Translations under genes and position numbers: made by a program
The notes under the pieces: generated by a model
Databases searched by the model: none
Seen by the model: the letters and a program-made list of their open reading frames with translations, nothing else
Told to the model about the DNA's origin: nothing
Shown here: positions 21,101 through 26,700 of the stretch, in pieces
How positions within the stretch are numbered: the first letter of the stretch is position 1
Layout: each line of letters begins with the position of its first letter
NCBI RefSeq assembly: GCF_000284455.1
Contig: NC_017039.1
Span: forward strand, 2,340,001-2,372,000
Direction of reading: 5' to 3'
Source of the DNA: Synechocystis sp. PCC 6803 substr. PCC-P
Lineage (GTDB): Bacteria > Cyanobacteriota > Cyanobacteriia > Cyanobacteriales > Microcystaceae
Length of the DNA stretch: 32,000 nucleotides

Positions 21101-23513
21101 ATTAGTTGACGCTGACCCTGACCCATCTGACCCGGATAGCGATCCGTTTGGAGACTTCTTCAATGGAGTTGTCACAGGGAACCCTGCCAACACTGGGGAT
21201 GGAACCTACACCATCACAGCAACGGATAATGCAGGCAATACCAACGATGTAGGCCAATTTGAAATTAAGACTAGTTCTCTAATTTCTATCAACGATGATC
21301 GGGGTACCGTTGTCATTGGCGATCTGGGTTTTGGCTCCATCAATGTCGATGTCTTAGCCAACGATCAGGGCTTGGGCATTCAGATCACCAACCTGACCCA
21401 ACCTCTTAAAGGTACGGCGGTGCTGCGGGATAATGGCACCCCCAATAATTTCAGTGACGATTTCTTGACCTATCACATCCATGAAGAGTTATTGGATTTA
21501 CGTTCAGCCACAGGGCCTGTACGCATAGATATCAGTGATATTTTCAGCAGTGCGAGCTACAACAATTCCGTCGGCTTCTATCAAGTTTTGGATCATTTTG
21601 GCACCATTCTTGATCCGGCTTCTGGGCGACTTTTAACCCCGGCAGATCTGGAATACAGAAATGTGGCCCTGGCCAGCGCCATTCCTGGGCTACAAATCAG
21701 TAAGGATAATCCAGTTCAGTCCATTGAACTACCTGGAGGCGGCATCTATGCTCCGTTCCTAACGTCTGACCAGGGTAACGGGCAAGTGAATCACTTCTTC
21801 GCCCTCATTGATGCCAATCCAGGTCAAGTGGACTATGTTCGTTTTGCCAATGGCACCTATAGCTTTGAAGATAGTGCCTTTGGCGATCGAGATTTCAATG
21901 ATCTGCGATTTGCGGTCAATATTTTGCCCCAGGGAGGTTTCGTTCCCCCAGCCATTGGCCTCACCGCTAACGCGGGAGTTTTCACCGCCAATGGGCTCGT
22001 TGATCAATTTACCTACACCATCACCGATGTTAATGGGGATAATCGGACCGCTAGCGTTGCCATTGACAATCAGGAACATCTCAAATTCACCCTGCTGGGA
22101 GTGGACGGAGATTTCAAAAATGAGGTGGCTATTTTCAGGGTGGACGATCGCCAGGGAACTATCAATGGCATTGCCCCAGGACAAGCAGGCTATCTGGAAG
22201 CGGCCTTAAGCAATAGCCAGGTGATATTTACCGGTATCAGTGGACAGACTCAGCTTTTCGGTGAATCCCTGACCCGGACTATGGAAGAATTCAAAGTTAG
22301 TGATAGTTTTGGTTTCCTGTTAATCCAGAATAATTCCCTGGATATGGTGCTCAGAGAGCAGGCCGCCGGGGCCATATCCACTCCGGTTTTCTTCAGTCAG
22401 GCGATCGCCAATGGCAATCAAATCCAACAAATCCCGAGTAATGATGGTCAGGGGATAGTTGTTGCTTGGGAAGATATTGCCCAGGGAGGAGACGGGGACT
22501 TTAATGACTTTATCTTCCGGGTGGCAATGACAGACCAACCGGCTCCCTTGGGGACGCTCTACCAAGGGCAAGCTCAACAGGAGATCTTCGCTAATACGAG
22601 CAATCAAAACGTTCAAATCGGGGTTCAGATCGCCAGTGACTCTGCCTATGACAATACTGTTGGTTTCTACCTGGTTCAAAATGCCCAGGGCACGGTGCTG
22701 GATTACACCACCGGTCAACTGGTCAACCCCGGTGATGCCAACTATGCTGAAGTGGCGGTGCGGCAACGTCTTGCCCTTGGTTCCAACGGCCAACCCATTG
22801 GGGGGGAAATTCGCCCAGGGCAAATTATTGCTCCCTTCCTGATTTCCAATGGCACCGAAAATCAATTCCTGACGGTTAATCCTGTCAACCAGGCGATCGC
22901 CGCTGGCCCCGTTGCCTTCTTTAGCTACATCAATGCCAACCCCGATGGACTGGATCATTTCCGGTTACTGGCGGATAACACCTTTGGGGTGGAAGACATG
23001 TTAGGAGGAGGAGACTTTGACTACAACGACGTGGTCATTAAGTTGGATCAGAATCCTGTTAATCGGGAATTATTGGACCTGCGTTCCCTCAGTGGCTCCG
23101 TAAATCTTGGCATCAACGAAATCACCGGTGATGCTTCCTTTGGGCTCTCCGTTGGTTTTTATCGGGTGGAAAATCAGTTTGGTGCCATTGCGGACCCCCT
23201 GACGGGCCAACTGCTAAACCCTGGTGATGGCAACTATCAAGCCGTGGCGCTGCAAAATACTGCCGCCCAATTTACTGTTACCCCCAGTACCACGACCCAG
23301 GCATTGGAGCTAACCGGGGGGAGCTTGTTTGCTCCTTACCTCACCGTCAGTCAGTCCGACGGCAATGTCTTTAATTACTTCTCCTATCTGGGGGCTAACC
23401 CTGATCAGGCAGATCACATTCGGGTTTTGGGGGATACCTTCCAATTTGAGGATGGCTTCTGGGGGGGAGATATGGACTTTAATGACCTCCAGTTCCGGAT
23501 TAACATCCAATAG
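9150..23513 (+). CDS. Giant (4787 aa) modular Ig-like repeat surface/adhesin-like protein: DUF4347-like N-terminus, about 33 Ig-like modules, cadherin-like segment, 4 x DUF4114-like C-terminal domains
   Basis: Single uninterrupted 14,364-nt ORF. All tandem repeats have periods that are multiples of 3 and stay in frame. The composition is Thr/Val/Asp/Asn/Ala/Gly-rich and acidic, with recurrent TVDTTAP linkers. No hydrophobic N-terminal signal peptide (MPNSTLFVLDSRVFHGG...) and no GGxGxD RTX nonapeptides were seen. No Shine-Dalgarno is evident before the ATG at 9150. Confidence 0.9.
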   Translation: MPNSTLFVLDSRVFHGGLLQAATLPNIAVITLDPDQSGLRQITEALGRQGAVRSLHILCHGSPGCLHLGDGHLGLDNLVYHSDELKSWFVGVESPQLFLYGCNVAAGDAGTEFIEKLAGLAGAGVSASTTAIGHQALGGNWVLDFQKGDIVMENIFSAPELAAYPGILDGNGQWSLFDLVDSSGIYTERLDALQPLVQEQLSSFFAQSDYLTQLAIPFSATASTDDWTNNAESLRSSISNGSYQIRLEVRSSAELQGALGAYSATGTTDTPTVYLNADWFATASQEQIVAVLLEEIGHDFDQILNDGADSQGDEGEIFANLVKLGEVNPTYLETLKTQNDTGFAFIDGQKINLENAEDTVLNINFQNFVFNTNFTTSTPPPGVQEVRLYTNIIPTFTTQQINAKVTIRAVNITIANSTIDSNASNTARIQPLIDANATGGGYFEYQFEFQDTLGNPISLNQFALTGIDVDGNSTTEREFYEVSGYSNYQIAVVGPPRLNVSESTQGDTKTLRVDGRPSVLTGISFDDTASFIANFLTPVSSLTVRAGVIWNNASNDVRQFSFALGAPLGTFSNPQTIDTIAPIVTSILRNNPTSEITNADSLTFQVTFSENVQNVDVNDFILSGTGVSGATISNVSGSGSVYTVTVTGIANNNGTVNLDFASGQNIRDTANNALSNTTPTTDEQYTLDNTAPAASITLDANITADDIINIAESGQAIPITGTVGGEFNVGDTVTLTVNDKTFTGAVGAGGLFSINVPGSDLIVDADLTIAASIATTDAAGNLGSATDNQTYTVDTTAPIPIITVNDVTADNIINAAESGQAIPITGTVGGEFNVGDTVTLTVNGKPFTGTVDANGDFSIDVLGGDLVNGSDLTIAASVATTDAAGNPGSASDNQTYTVDTTAPTVTINAIAVDDIINAVEAGSPVAVSGTTTGVEDGQVVTVTIDGNTYTATVTGNAWTFNIPVADIANFEATEEVVATVSDLAGNPATPATRNITVDTVAPAVTIDSISDDTGAQANDFITNDDTLVFNGTAEADSTVVVSLDGIEIGTVTANGAGEWTLDYTGTLLADGDYELSVTATNPTGNSATATQTIVVDTTAPTVTINAIAVDDIINAVEAGSPVAVSGTTTGVEDGQVVTVTIDGNTYTATVTGNAWTFNIPVADIANFEATEEVVATVSDLAGNPATPATRNITVDTTAPTVTINAIAVDDIINAVEAGSPVAVSGTTTGVEDGQVVTVTIDGNTYTATVTGNAWTFNIPVADIANFEATEEVVATVSDLAGNPATPATRNITVDTVAPAVTIDSISDDTGAQANDFITNDDTLVFNGTAEADSTVVVSLDGIEIGTVTANGAGEWTLDYTGTLLADGDYELSVTATNPTGNSATATQTIVVDTTAPTVTINAIAVDDIINAVEAGSPVAVSGTTTGVEDGQVVTVTIDGNTYTATVTGNAWTFNIPVADIANFEATEEVVATVSDLAGNPATPATRNITVDTTAPTVTINAIAVDDIINAVEAGSPVAVSGTTTGVEDGQVVTVTIDGNTYTATVTGNAWTFNIPVADIANFEATEEVVATVSDLAGNPATPATRNITVDTVAPAVTIDSISDDTGAQANDFITNDDTLVFNGTAEADSTVVVSLDGIEIGTVTANGAGEWTLDYTGTLLADGDYELSVTATNPTGNSATATQTIVVDTTAPTVTINAIAVDDIINAVEAGSPVAVSGTTTGVEDGQVVTVTIDGNTYTATVTGNAWTFNIPVADIANFEATEEVVATVSDLAGNPATPATRNITVDTTAPTVTINAIAVDDIINAVEAGSPVAVSGTTTGVEDGQVVTVTIDGNTYTATVTGNAWTFNIPVADIANFEATEEVVATVSDLAGNPATPATRNITVDTVAPAVTIDSISDDTGAQANDFITNDDTLVFNGTAEADSTVVVSLDGIEIGTVTANGAGEWTLDYTGTLLADGDYELSVTATNPTGNSATATQTIVVDTTAPTVTINAIAVDDIINAVEAGSPVAVSGTTTGVEDGQVVTVTIDGNTYTATVTGNAWTFNIPVADIANFEATEEVVATVSDLAGNPATPATRNITVDTTAPTVTINAIAVDDIINAVEAGSPVAVSGTTTGVEDGQVVTVTIDGNTYTATVTGNAWTFNIPVADIANFEATEEVVATVSDLAGNPATPATRNITVDTVAPAVTIDSISDDTGAQANDFITNDDTLVFNGTAEADSTVVVSLDGIEIGTVTANGAGEWTLDYTGTLLADGDYELSVTATNPTGNSATATQTIVVDTTAPTVTINAIAVDDIINAVEAGSPVAVSGTTTGVEDGQVVTVTIDGNTYTATVTGNAWTFNIPVADIANFEATEEVVATVSDLAGNPATPATRNITVDTTAPTVTINAIAVDDIINAVEAGSPVAVSGTTTGVEDGQVVTVTIDGNTYTATVTGNAWTFNIPVADIANFEATEEVVATVSDLAGNPATPATRNITVDTVAPAVTIDSISDDTGAQANDFITNDDTLVFNGTAEADSTVVVSLDGIEIGTVTANGAGEWTLDYTGTLLADGDYELSVTATNPTGNSATATQTIVVDTTAPTVTINAIAVDDIINAVEAGSPVAVSGTTTGVEDGQVVTVTIDGNTYTATVTGNAWTFNIPVADIANFEATEEVVATVSDLAGNPATPATRNITVDTTAPTVTINAIAVDDIINAVEAGSPVAVSGTTTGVEDGQVVTVTIDGNTYTATVTGNAWTFNIPVADIANFEATEEVVATVSDLAGNPATPATRNITVDTVAPAVNELDITDNTDTGADDLITSNGNPVLTFTGEPGLTITLTGPDGALAPSAAYTVAETPSANGSTYTVILLDAIPNGEPDPFGDFANGVATNNPDNTGDGTYTIVATDAAGNSVEVDEFVIDTTPPNIAITAITNDSGTPGDFITNDQTLIYSGTTDANATVTVTLTDSSNNPVFTATTTADANGNWSLDRTANETLAGGTYTLTASTTDLAGNTTTDTQAIRIETNAPGIAIASISTDSGIPGDFVTNDQTLVIAGTWTNLDTNTLAVTFNGTTYTFGENPQLTVSGNNWTLDLSGITTPPGDYVITAVTTDLANNTSQATQNVTIDTTAPNASITLTSNITADDVINAVEAGQLIPITGTVGGNVRAGDIVTLAIGGQTFTGAVANGGTFSIDVPGSALVADPDRTIQASVTTTDLAGNSTTATDTESYTVDTTVPGAPIVTITEDVNNDGLISVGELSGLVDVSIAIPGGVVAGDILTISDGTTPQTIVLTAAQINAGVVTTQVAVPNPGTTLTVTAFVTDIAGNQGTSGRDSAVLDTTAPGAPTVTITEDTNNDGFISAGELNGLVDVSIALPTGLVAGDTLTISDGTTPQTIVLTTAQITAGVVTTQVAVPNPGTTLTVTAFVTDIAGNQGPSGRDSAVLDTTAPEAPVVTIAEDANNDGLISAGELNGLVDVLIALPTGLVAGDTLTISDGTTPQTIVLTTAQITAGVVTTQVAVPNPGTTLTVTAFVTDIAGNQGPSGRDSAVLDTTAPEAPVVTIAEDANNDGLISAGELNGLVDVLIALPTGLVAGDTLTISDGTTPQTIVLTAAQINAGVVTTQVAVPAEGATLTVSAFITDNTGNQGPDGSDSAVLNTTAPNAGPLDITDATDTGADDLLSSNGNPELTFTGEPGLEIELLGPDGNPVDPDAYEVVETPGANPGDPSTYTIKLIDADPSDPDSDPFGDFFNGVVTGNPANTGDGTYTITATDNAGNTNDVGQFEIDTTSPGTPNNGNSPFSPLDITDPTDTGADDLLSSDGNPELTFTGEPGLEIELLGSDGNSVDPDAYEVLETPGVNPGDPSTYTIKLIDADPSDPDSDPFGDFFNGSPTGNGANTGDGIYTITATDNAGNTNDVGQFEIDTTSPGTPNNGNSPFSPLDITDATDTGADDLLSGNGNPELTFSGESGLEIELLGPDGNPVDPDAYEVVETPGANPGDPSTYTIKLVDADPDPSDPDSDPFGDFFNGVVTGNPANTGDGTYTITATDNAGNTNDVGQFEIKTSSLISINDDRGTVVIGDLGFGSINVDVLANDQGLGIQITNLTQPLKGTAVLRDNGTPNNFSDDFLTYHIHEELLDLRSATGPVRIDISDIFSSASYNNSVGFYQVLDHFGTILDPASGRLLTPADLEYRNVALASAIPGLQISKDNPVQSIELPGGGIYAPFLTSDQGNGQVNHFFALIDANPGQVDYVRFANGTYSFEDSAFGDRDFNDLRFAVNILPQGGFVPPAIGLTANAGVFTANGLVDQFTYTITDVNGDNRTASVAIDNQEHLKFTLLGVDGDFKNEVAIFRVDDRQGTINGIAPGQAGYLEAALSNSQVIFTGISGQTQLFGESLTRTMEEFKVSDSFGFLLIQNNSLDMVLREQAAGAISTPVFFSQAIANGNQIQQIPSNDGQGIVVAWEDIAQGGDGDFNDFIFRVAMTDQPAPLGTLYQGQAQQEIFANTSNQNVQIGVQIASDSAYDNTVGFYLVQNAQGTVLDYTTGQLVNPGDANYAEVAVRQRLALGSNGQPIGGEIRPGQIIAPFLISNGTENQFLTVNPVNQAIAAGPVAFFSYINANPDGLDHFRLLADNTFGVEDMLGGGDFDYNDVVIKLDQNPVNRELLDLRSLSGSVNLGINEITGDASFGLSVGFYRVENQFGAIADPLTGQLLNPGDGNYQAVALQNTAAQFTVTPSTTTQALELTGGSLFAPYLTVSQSDGNVFNYFSYLGANPDQADHIRVLGDTFQFEDGFWGGDMDFNDLQFRINIQ
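9159..9595 (+). other. DUF4347-like N-terminal domain of the giant protein
   Basis: The pattern LFVLDSRV...ITLDPDQSGLRQITEAL...SLHILCHGSPGCLHLG...LYGCNVAAGDAGTEFIEKLAGLAGAGVSASTTAIGHQALGGNWVLD matches my recollection of the DUF4347 signature. That domain heads many giant bacterial adhesin-like proteins. Confidence 0.7.
11215..11840 (+). repeat. Two tandem 315-bp (105-aa) Ig-like modules (TAD(D/N)IIN..ESGQAIPITGTVGGEFNVGDTVTLTVN type)
   Basis: An identical roughly 85-nt block (ccgagtcaggacaagcgattcctatcaccggcactgttggtggtgaatttaatgttggtgacaccgtcacattgacggtcaatg) starts at 11281 and again at 11596, an offset of 315. A third, more diverged copy lies at about 18465..18775. Confidence 0.85.
11841..17465 (+). 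repeat. Higher-order in-frame tandem array: 888-bp unit (A 297 bp + A 297 bp + B 294 bp), about 6.3 copies; 13 A modules and 6 B modules
   Basis: A modules (TTAPTVTINAIAVDDIINAVEAGSPVAVSG...) start at 11841, 12432, 12729, 13320, 13617, 14208, 14505, 15096, 15393, 15984, 16281, 16872 and 17169. B modules (TVAPAVTIDSISDDTGAQANDFITNDD...) start at 12138, 13026, 13914, 14802, 15690 and 16578. Off-frame ORFs in the track recur at exact 888-nt offsets with identical translations except at two sites. Confidence 0.95.
18774..20045 (+). repeat. 4 x 318-bp (106-aa) tandem modules (APxVTIxEDxNNDGLISxGELxGLVDV... type)
   Basis: The boundary motif gtattagataccacc recurs at 19092, 19410 and 19728, with related boundaries at 18774 and 20046. 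Copies 2-4 share long identical blocks in a mosaic pattern. Confidence 0.9.
20079..21275 (+). repeat. 3 x about 411-bp (137-aa) tandem acidic modules (LDITDxTDTGADDLLS...DPSDPDSDPFGDFFNG...GDGTYTITATDNAGNTNDVGQFEIDTTSPGTPNNGNSPFSP)
   Basis: L-D-I-T-D starts at 20079, 20490 and 20901, an offset of 411. The third copy carries a 2-aa insertion (DPDPSDPDSD). A diverged fourth copy lies at about 17485..17850, immediately after the 888-bp array. Confidence 0.9.
22401..22408. repeat. HIP1 octamer GCGATCGC (one of only two inside the giant gene)
   Basis: Exact GCGATCGC read directly from the sequence. Confidence 0.95.
22893..22900. repeat. HIP1 octamer GCGATCGC (second of two inside the giant gene)
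   Basis: Exact GCGATCGC read directly from the sequence. Confidence 0.95.
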
Positions 23514-23757
23514 GGGCGCTGATCAGGGTAAAAAGTGGCTCTGGATTTCCCCCGCCGGTGGGTCTAGGGCAGGGCAAATTTAAAGAAACTCTGGGGATTG
23601 GCTCCATTCCCCAGAAAAACCTTTAAGATGGGTGGGATCTTTGCACTCTGGACATTCCCGCCCCCGGCGATCGCCATGGGTAGGGGAAGCTTTTTTCCCC
23701 TGTTGCCGTCAATGGATTCCGTGAGTCCGGTTTACCTTTCCGCCGTCCCCCAGGTTT

Positions 23758-26700
23758 ATGTTGCTGAGTATCTCCAACGTTTTCATCAAAAACCCCGTGC
23801 TGACTACGGTGTGCACCATCGTGATCATCCTCCTCGGGGCGATCGCCTTACCCCTCCTGCCCCTGGCCAAACTTCCAGACATGGCCCCCAAACAGGTGCA
23901 GGTAACCACCAACTATGTGGGCTCCGATGCCCAAACTGCAGTGGATAATGTCACCACTGTGCTAGAGCGGCAGATTAACGGTACGGAGCAAGTCATTTAT
24001 ATGAACTCCACCACCGACAACACTGGCACTAGCACCATCAACGTCTATTTCCCGGTGGAAATGGACCGCAACATTGCCCAGGTACTCGTCCAAAATAACG
24101 TGGCGATCGCCGCTTCCAGTTTGCCGGAAGTTGTCAACCGCCAGGGGGTAACGACCCAGACCCAATCCCCCTCTGTCACCATTGCCTATGGGGTTTACTC
24201 AGAAAACGATGACCAGGGCAAACCGATCTATGACGACATCTTTGTCAGTAACTTTGTTGACCGGGTGTTGCTGGATGAAATTAAACGGATTGACGGGGTG
24301 GGTTCGGCCATTTTAATTGGGGCTTCTGAATATGCCATGCGTTTTTGGCTAGACCCCGATGCCTTGGCCGCTAGGGACTTAACCGCGGCCGATGTTACCA
24401 ACGCCATTCGGAGCCAAAACATTCAAGTGGGGGTAGGGGGGGTTAACCTGCCGCCGGTCACTGATCAACAACGTTTCCAAATTAATGCCCGGGCCCTGAG
24501 TCGCTTTACCACCCCGGAAGAAGCGGAACAAATTGTCGTCAAAGTGGGGGATGATGGTACTCTCATTCGTATTAAAGATGTGGGGAGGGCCACCATTGGT
24601 ACCCAAAACTATATTCAAACTGCCCTGTTCAATAACGCCCCGGCAGTGGCATTTGTTATCTATCAACTGCCCGGTACCAATGCCCTAGACACGGCCAACA
24701 TGGTCAAGGAAAAAATGGCGGAGTTACGGCCCCTATTTCCCCCTGGTCTAAATGCAGAGGTAGCTTTGGATAACACCCTGTTTGTGACGGCATCTTTGGA
24801 AGAAGCGGCCCTGACCCTAATTGAAGCCATTTTGCTGGTAATTTTAGTGATTTTTATCTTCCTACAAAATTGGCGTACTACCCTAATCCCAGCCCTGGCC
24901 ATTCCCGTATCTTTGATTGGGGCCATGGCCTTTGCCCTAGCTTTTGGTTTTAGCTTGAACCAGTTGACCCTGTTTGGGGTAATTCTGGCCACTGGTCTCG
25001 TGGTGGATGACGGTATTTTGGTGGTGGAGGCGATCGAGGTAAAACTGGATCAAGGCATGAAGCCATTCCAGGCCGCCCTAGATGCCATGGGGGAACTAAC
25101 GGGAGCCGTAATTTCCACCTCTTTGGTGTTGATGGCTGTGTTCATCCCTGTGACATTCTTCCCAGGTACTACGGGGATTGTTTATAAGCAATTTGCTGTA
25201 ATTATGGCTTCGGCGGTAGCGGTATCTACTTTTAATGCCATCAGTTTTTCCCCTAGTATGTCCGCCATTTTAATGCGGCCCAAAAAAGAGGTCCATGGCC
25301 CCCTCGCTTGGTTTTTCAATCTTTTTAACCGCACCTTTGACTGGTTAAAGGAACGCTACGGCAATATTATCACGGCAATTTTAAAGGTCAGACTGCTGGC
25401 TATTCCCATTTTTATTGGCAGTTTAATCCTCACAGTAATTGTCTATAACATCACCCCCACTGGGTTTATTCCCGAAGAAGATCAGGGGTATTTTTTCATG
25501 TTGGGCAACTCCCCCGCCGGTGTGTCTATTGAGTACACTAAAGATGTGATTTCCCAAGCAACGGAAATTGTCTCCGCTCGCCCAGAGGTGGAACATGTGC
25601 TGGGTATGGGGGGCTTTAGCTTTTTAGGCAATGACAGTAGTAAATCCCTCTTTTTCGTCAAGCTGAAAAATTGGGACGAACGCCCCGGGCAAAAGGGGTC
25701 TGTGTTCGGTCTGTTGGCAGAAATTAACCGAGAGTTAGCTCAAAAAATTCCCGATGCCCAGGTGTTTGCCGTTAATGCTCCCCCGGTGGACGGCCTTAGT
25801 AGCACAGGGGGTCTGGATTTTTACATCCAAAACCGGGGTGGTATGCCCCTGGAAAATTTCTTGGACTATGTCCAGCAATATATGGAAAAGCTGCGCCAGG
25901 AACCGGCTCTCAATCCCCGTACGGTTTTTACCCAATTTACCTTTAATGCTCCCTTGTTAGAAATTGGGGTGGATCGGGAAAAGGCCAATGCCCAAAATGT
26001 TGATATTTCGGAGGTGTTCAACACCATTGGTATTTACATGGGGTCTAGCTATATCAACCAATTTGTGATGGAAAGCCGGCTTTATCAGGTGTATGCCATG
26101 GCCGATGGGCAATTCCGTTCTAATCCCCGGGATATTGGTCGCCTTTATGTCCGTTCCCGCACTGGGGCTTTAGTTCAGCTCAGCAATTTAATTGATGTTA
26201 AACAAACCACCTATCCCCCGATTCTGACCAATTTCAATATTTATCCGGCGGTGGATGTCCAGGCTTCTCCGGCGGCGGGCTACAGTACGGGGCAAGCCAT
26301 GGCAACCATGGAAAGGTTGTCTAAGGAGATGTTCCCCGATTCCATTGGTTATGCCTGGTATGGTACGGGCTATGAAGAATTGCAATCGGCGGGGGCGGCT
26401 CCGATCATTTTTGGTTTAGCCTTCATCATGGTGTTCCTGGTACTCTCAGCCCAGTACGAAAGTTACGTGGATCCCGCCATTATCATGATGACTGTTCCCC
26501 TAGCTATTCTCGGGGCGATCGGGGCGATTTTACTGCGGGCCAACTTTATGGTAGCCACCAACATGGTTTGGCCCACGGTAAACAACAATGTTTACGCCCA
26601 GGTAGCCTTGGTTATGTTAATTGGTCTAGCTAGTAAAAACGCCATTTTGATTGTGGAATTTGGTAATCAGGCTATGGATTTGGGCATGAAAATTCCCCAG

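Larger units (their letters stand above)
21490..23510 (+). other. Four DUF4114-like domains at the C-terminus of the giant protein
   Basis: Each unit ends in an acidic D-F-(x)-N-D motif. These are GDRDFNDLRFAV (about 21882-21917), GGDGDFNDFIFRV (about 22485-22523), GGGDFDYNDVVIKL (about 23004-23045) and GGDMDFNDLQFRI (about 23461-23500). Units 1 and 4 both begin LLDLRS..G.V...I and contain SVGFY.V...FG.I.DP..G.LL.P.D..Y..VAL. Confidence 0.65.

Noticed and set aside
10311-23510. Dozens of ORFs of 60-461 aa on the antisense strand and in alternative sense frames inside the giant gene (for example 18770..20155, 17127..17924, 22320..22958 and the families recurring every 888 bp).
   Set aside because: They recur only because the underlying repeat recurs. 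Their translations are low-complexity (Ser/Thr/Val/Ala runs) with no recognisable motifs. They are fully nested in a far longer ORF with coherent domain structure. The biased ACN/GTN/GCN/GAY codon composition of the sense frame suppresses stop codons in other frames.
9150-23513. Annotating the giant protein as an RTX toxin or haemolysin-type T1SS substrate, or as a mobile or phage-derived element.
   Set aside because: I saw no GGxGxD nonapeptide repeats, no adjacent ABC/MFP exporter, and no integrase, transposase or phage genes or flanking direct repeats in the window.
23591-23700. Two hairpins after the giant gene (CTGGGGA-10 nt-TCCCCAG at 23591..23614; GGGGAA-gctttt-TTCCCC at 23683..23700) as intrinsic terminators.
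   Set aside because: Neither is followed by a U-tract on the + strand, so I cannot support a terminator call. They may be processing or regulatory structures or chance palindromes.
23598-23948. 116-aa ORF overlapping the 5' end of the RND gene.
   Set aside because: It is in a different frame from a well-supported RND N-terminus, its Pro/Arg/Gly-rich translation has no motifs, and it largely overlaps the RND CDS.
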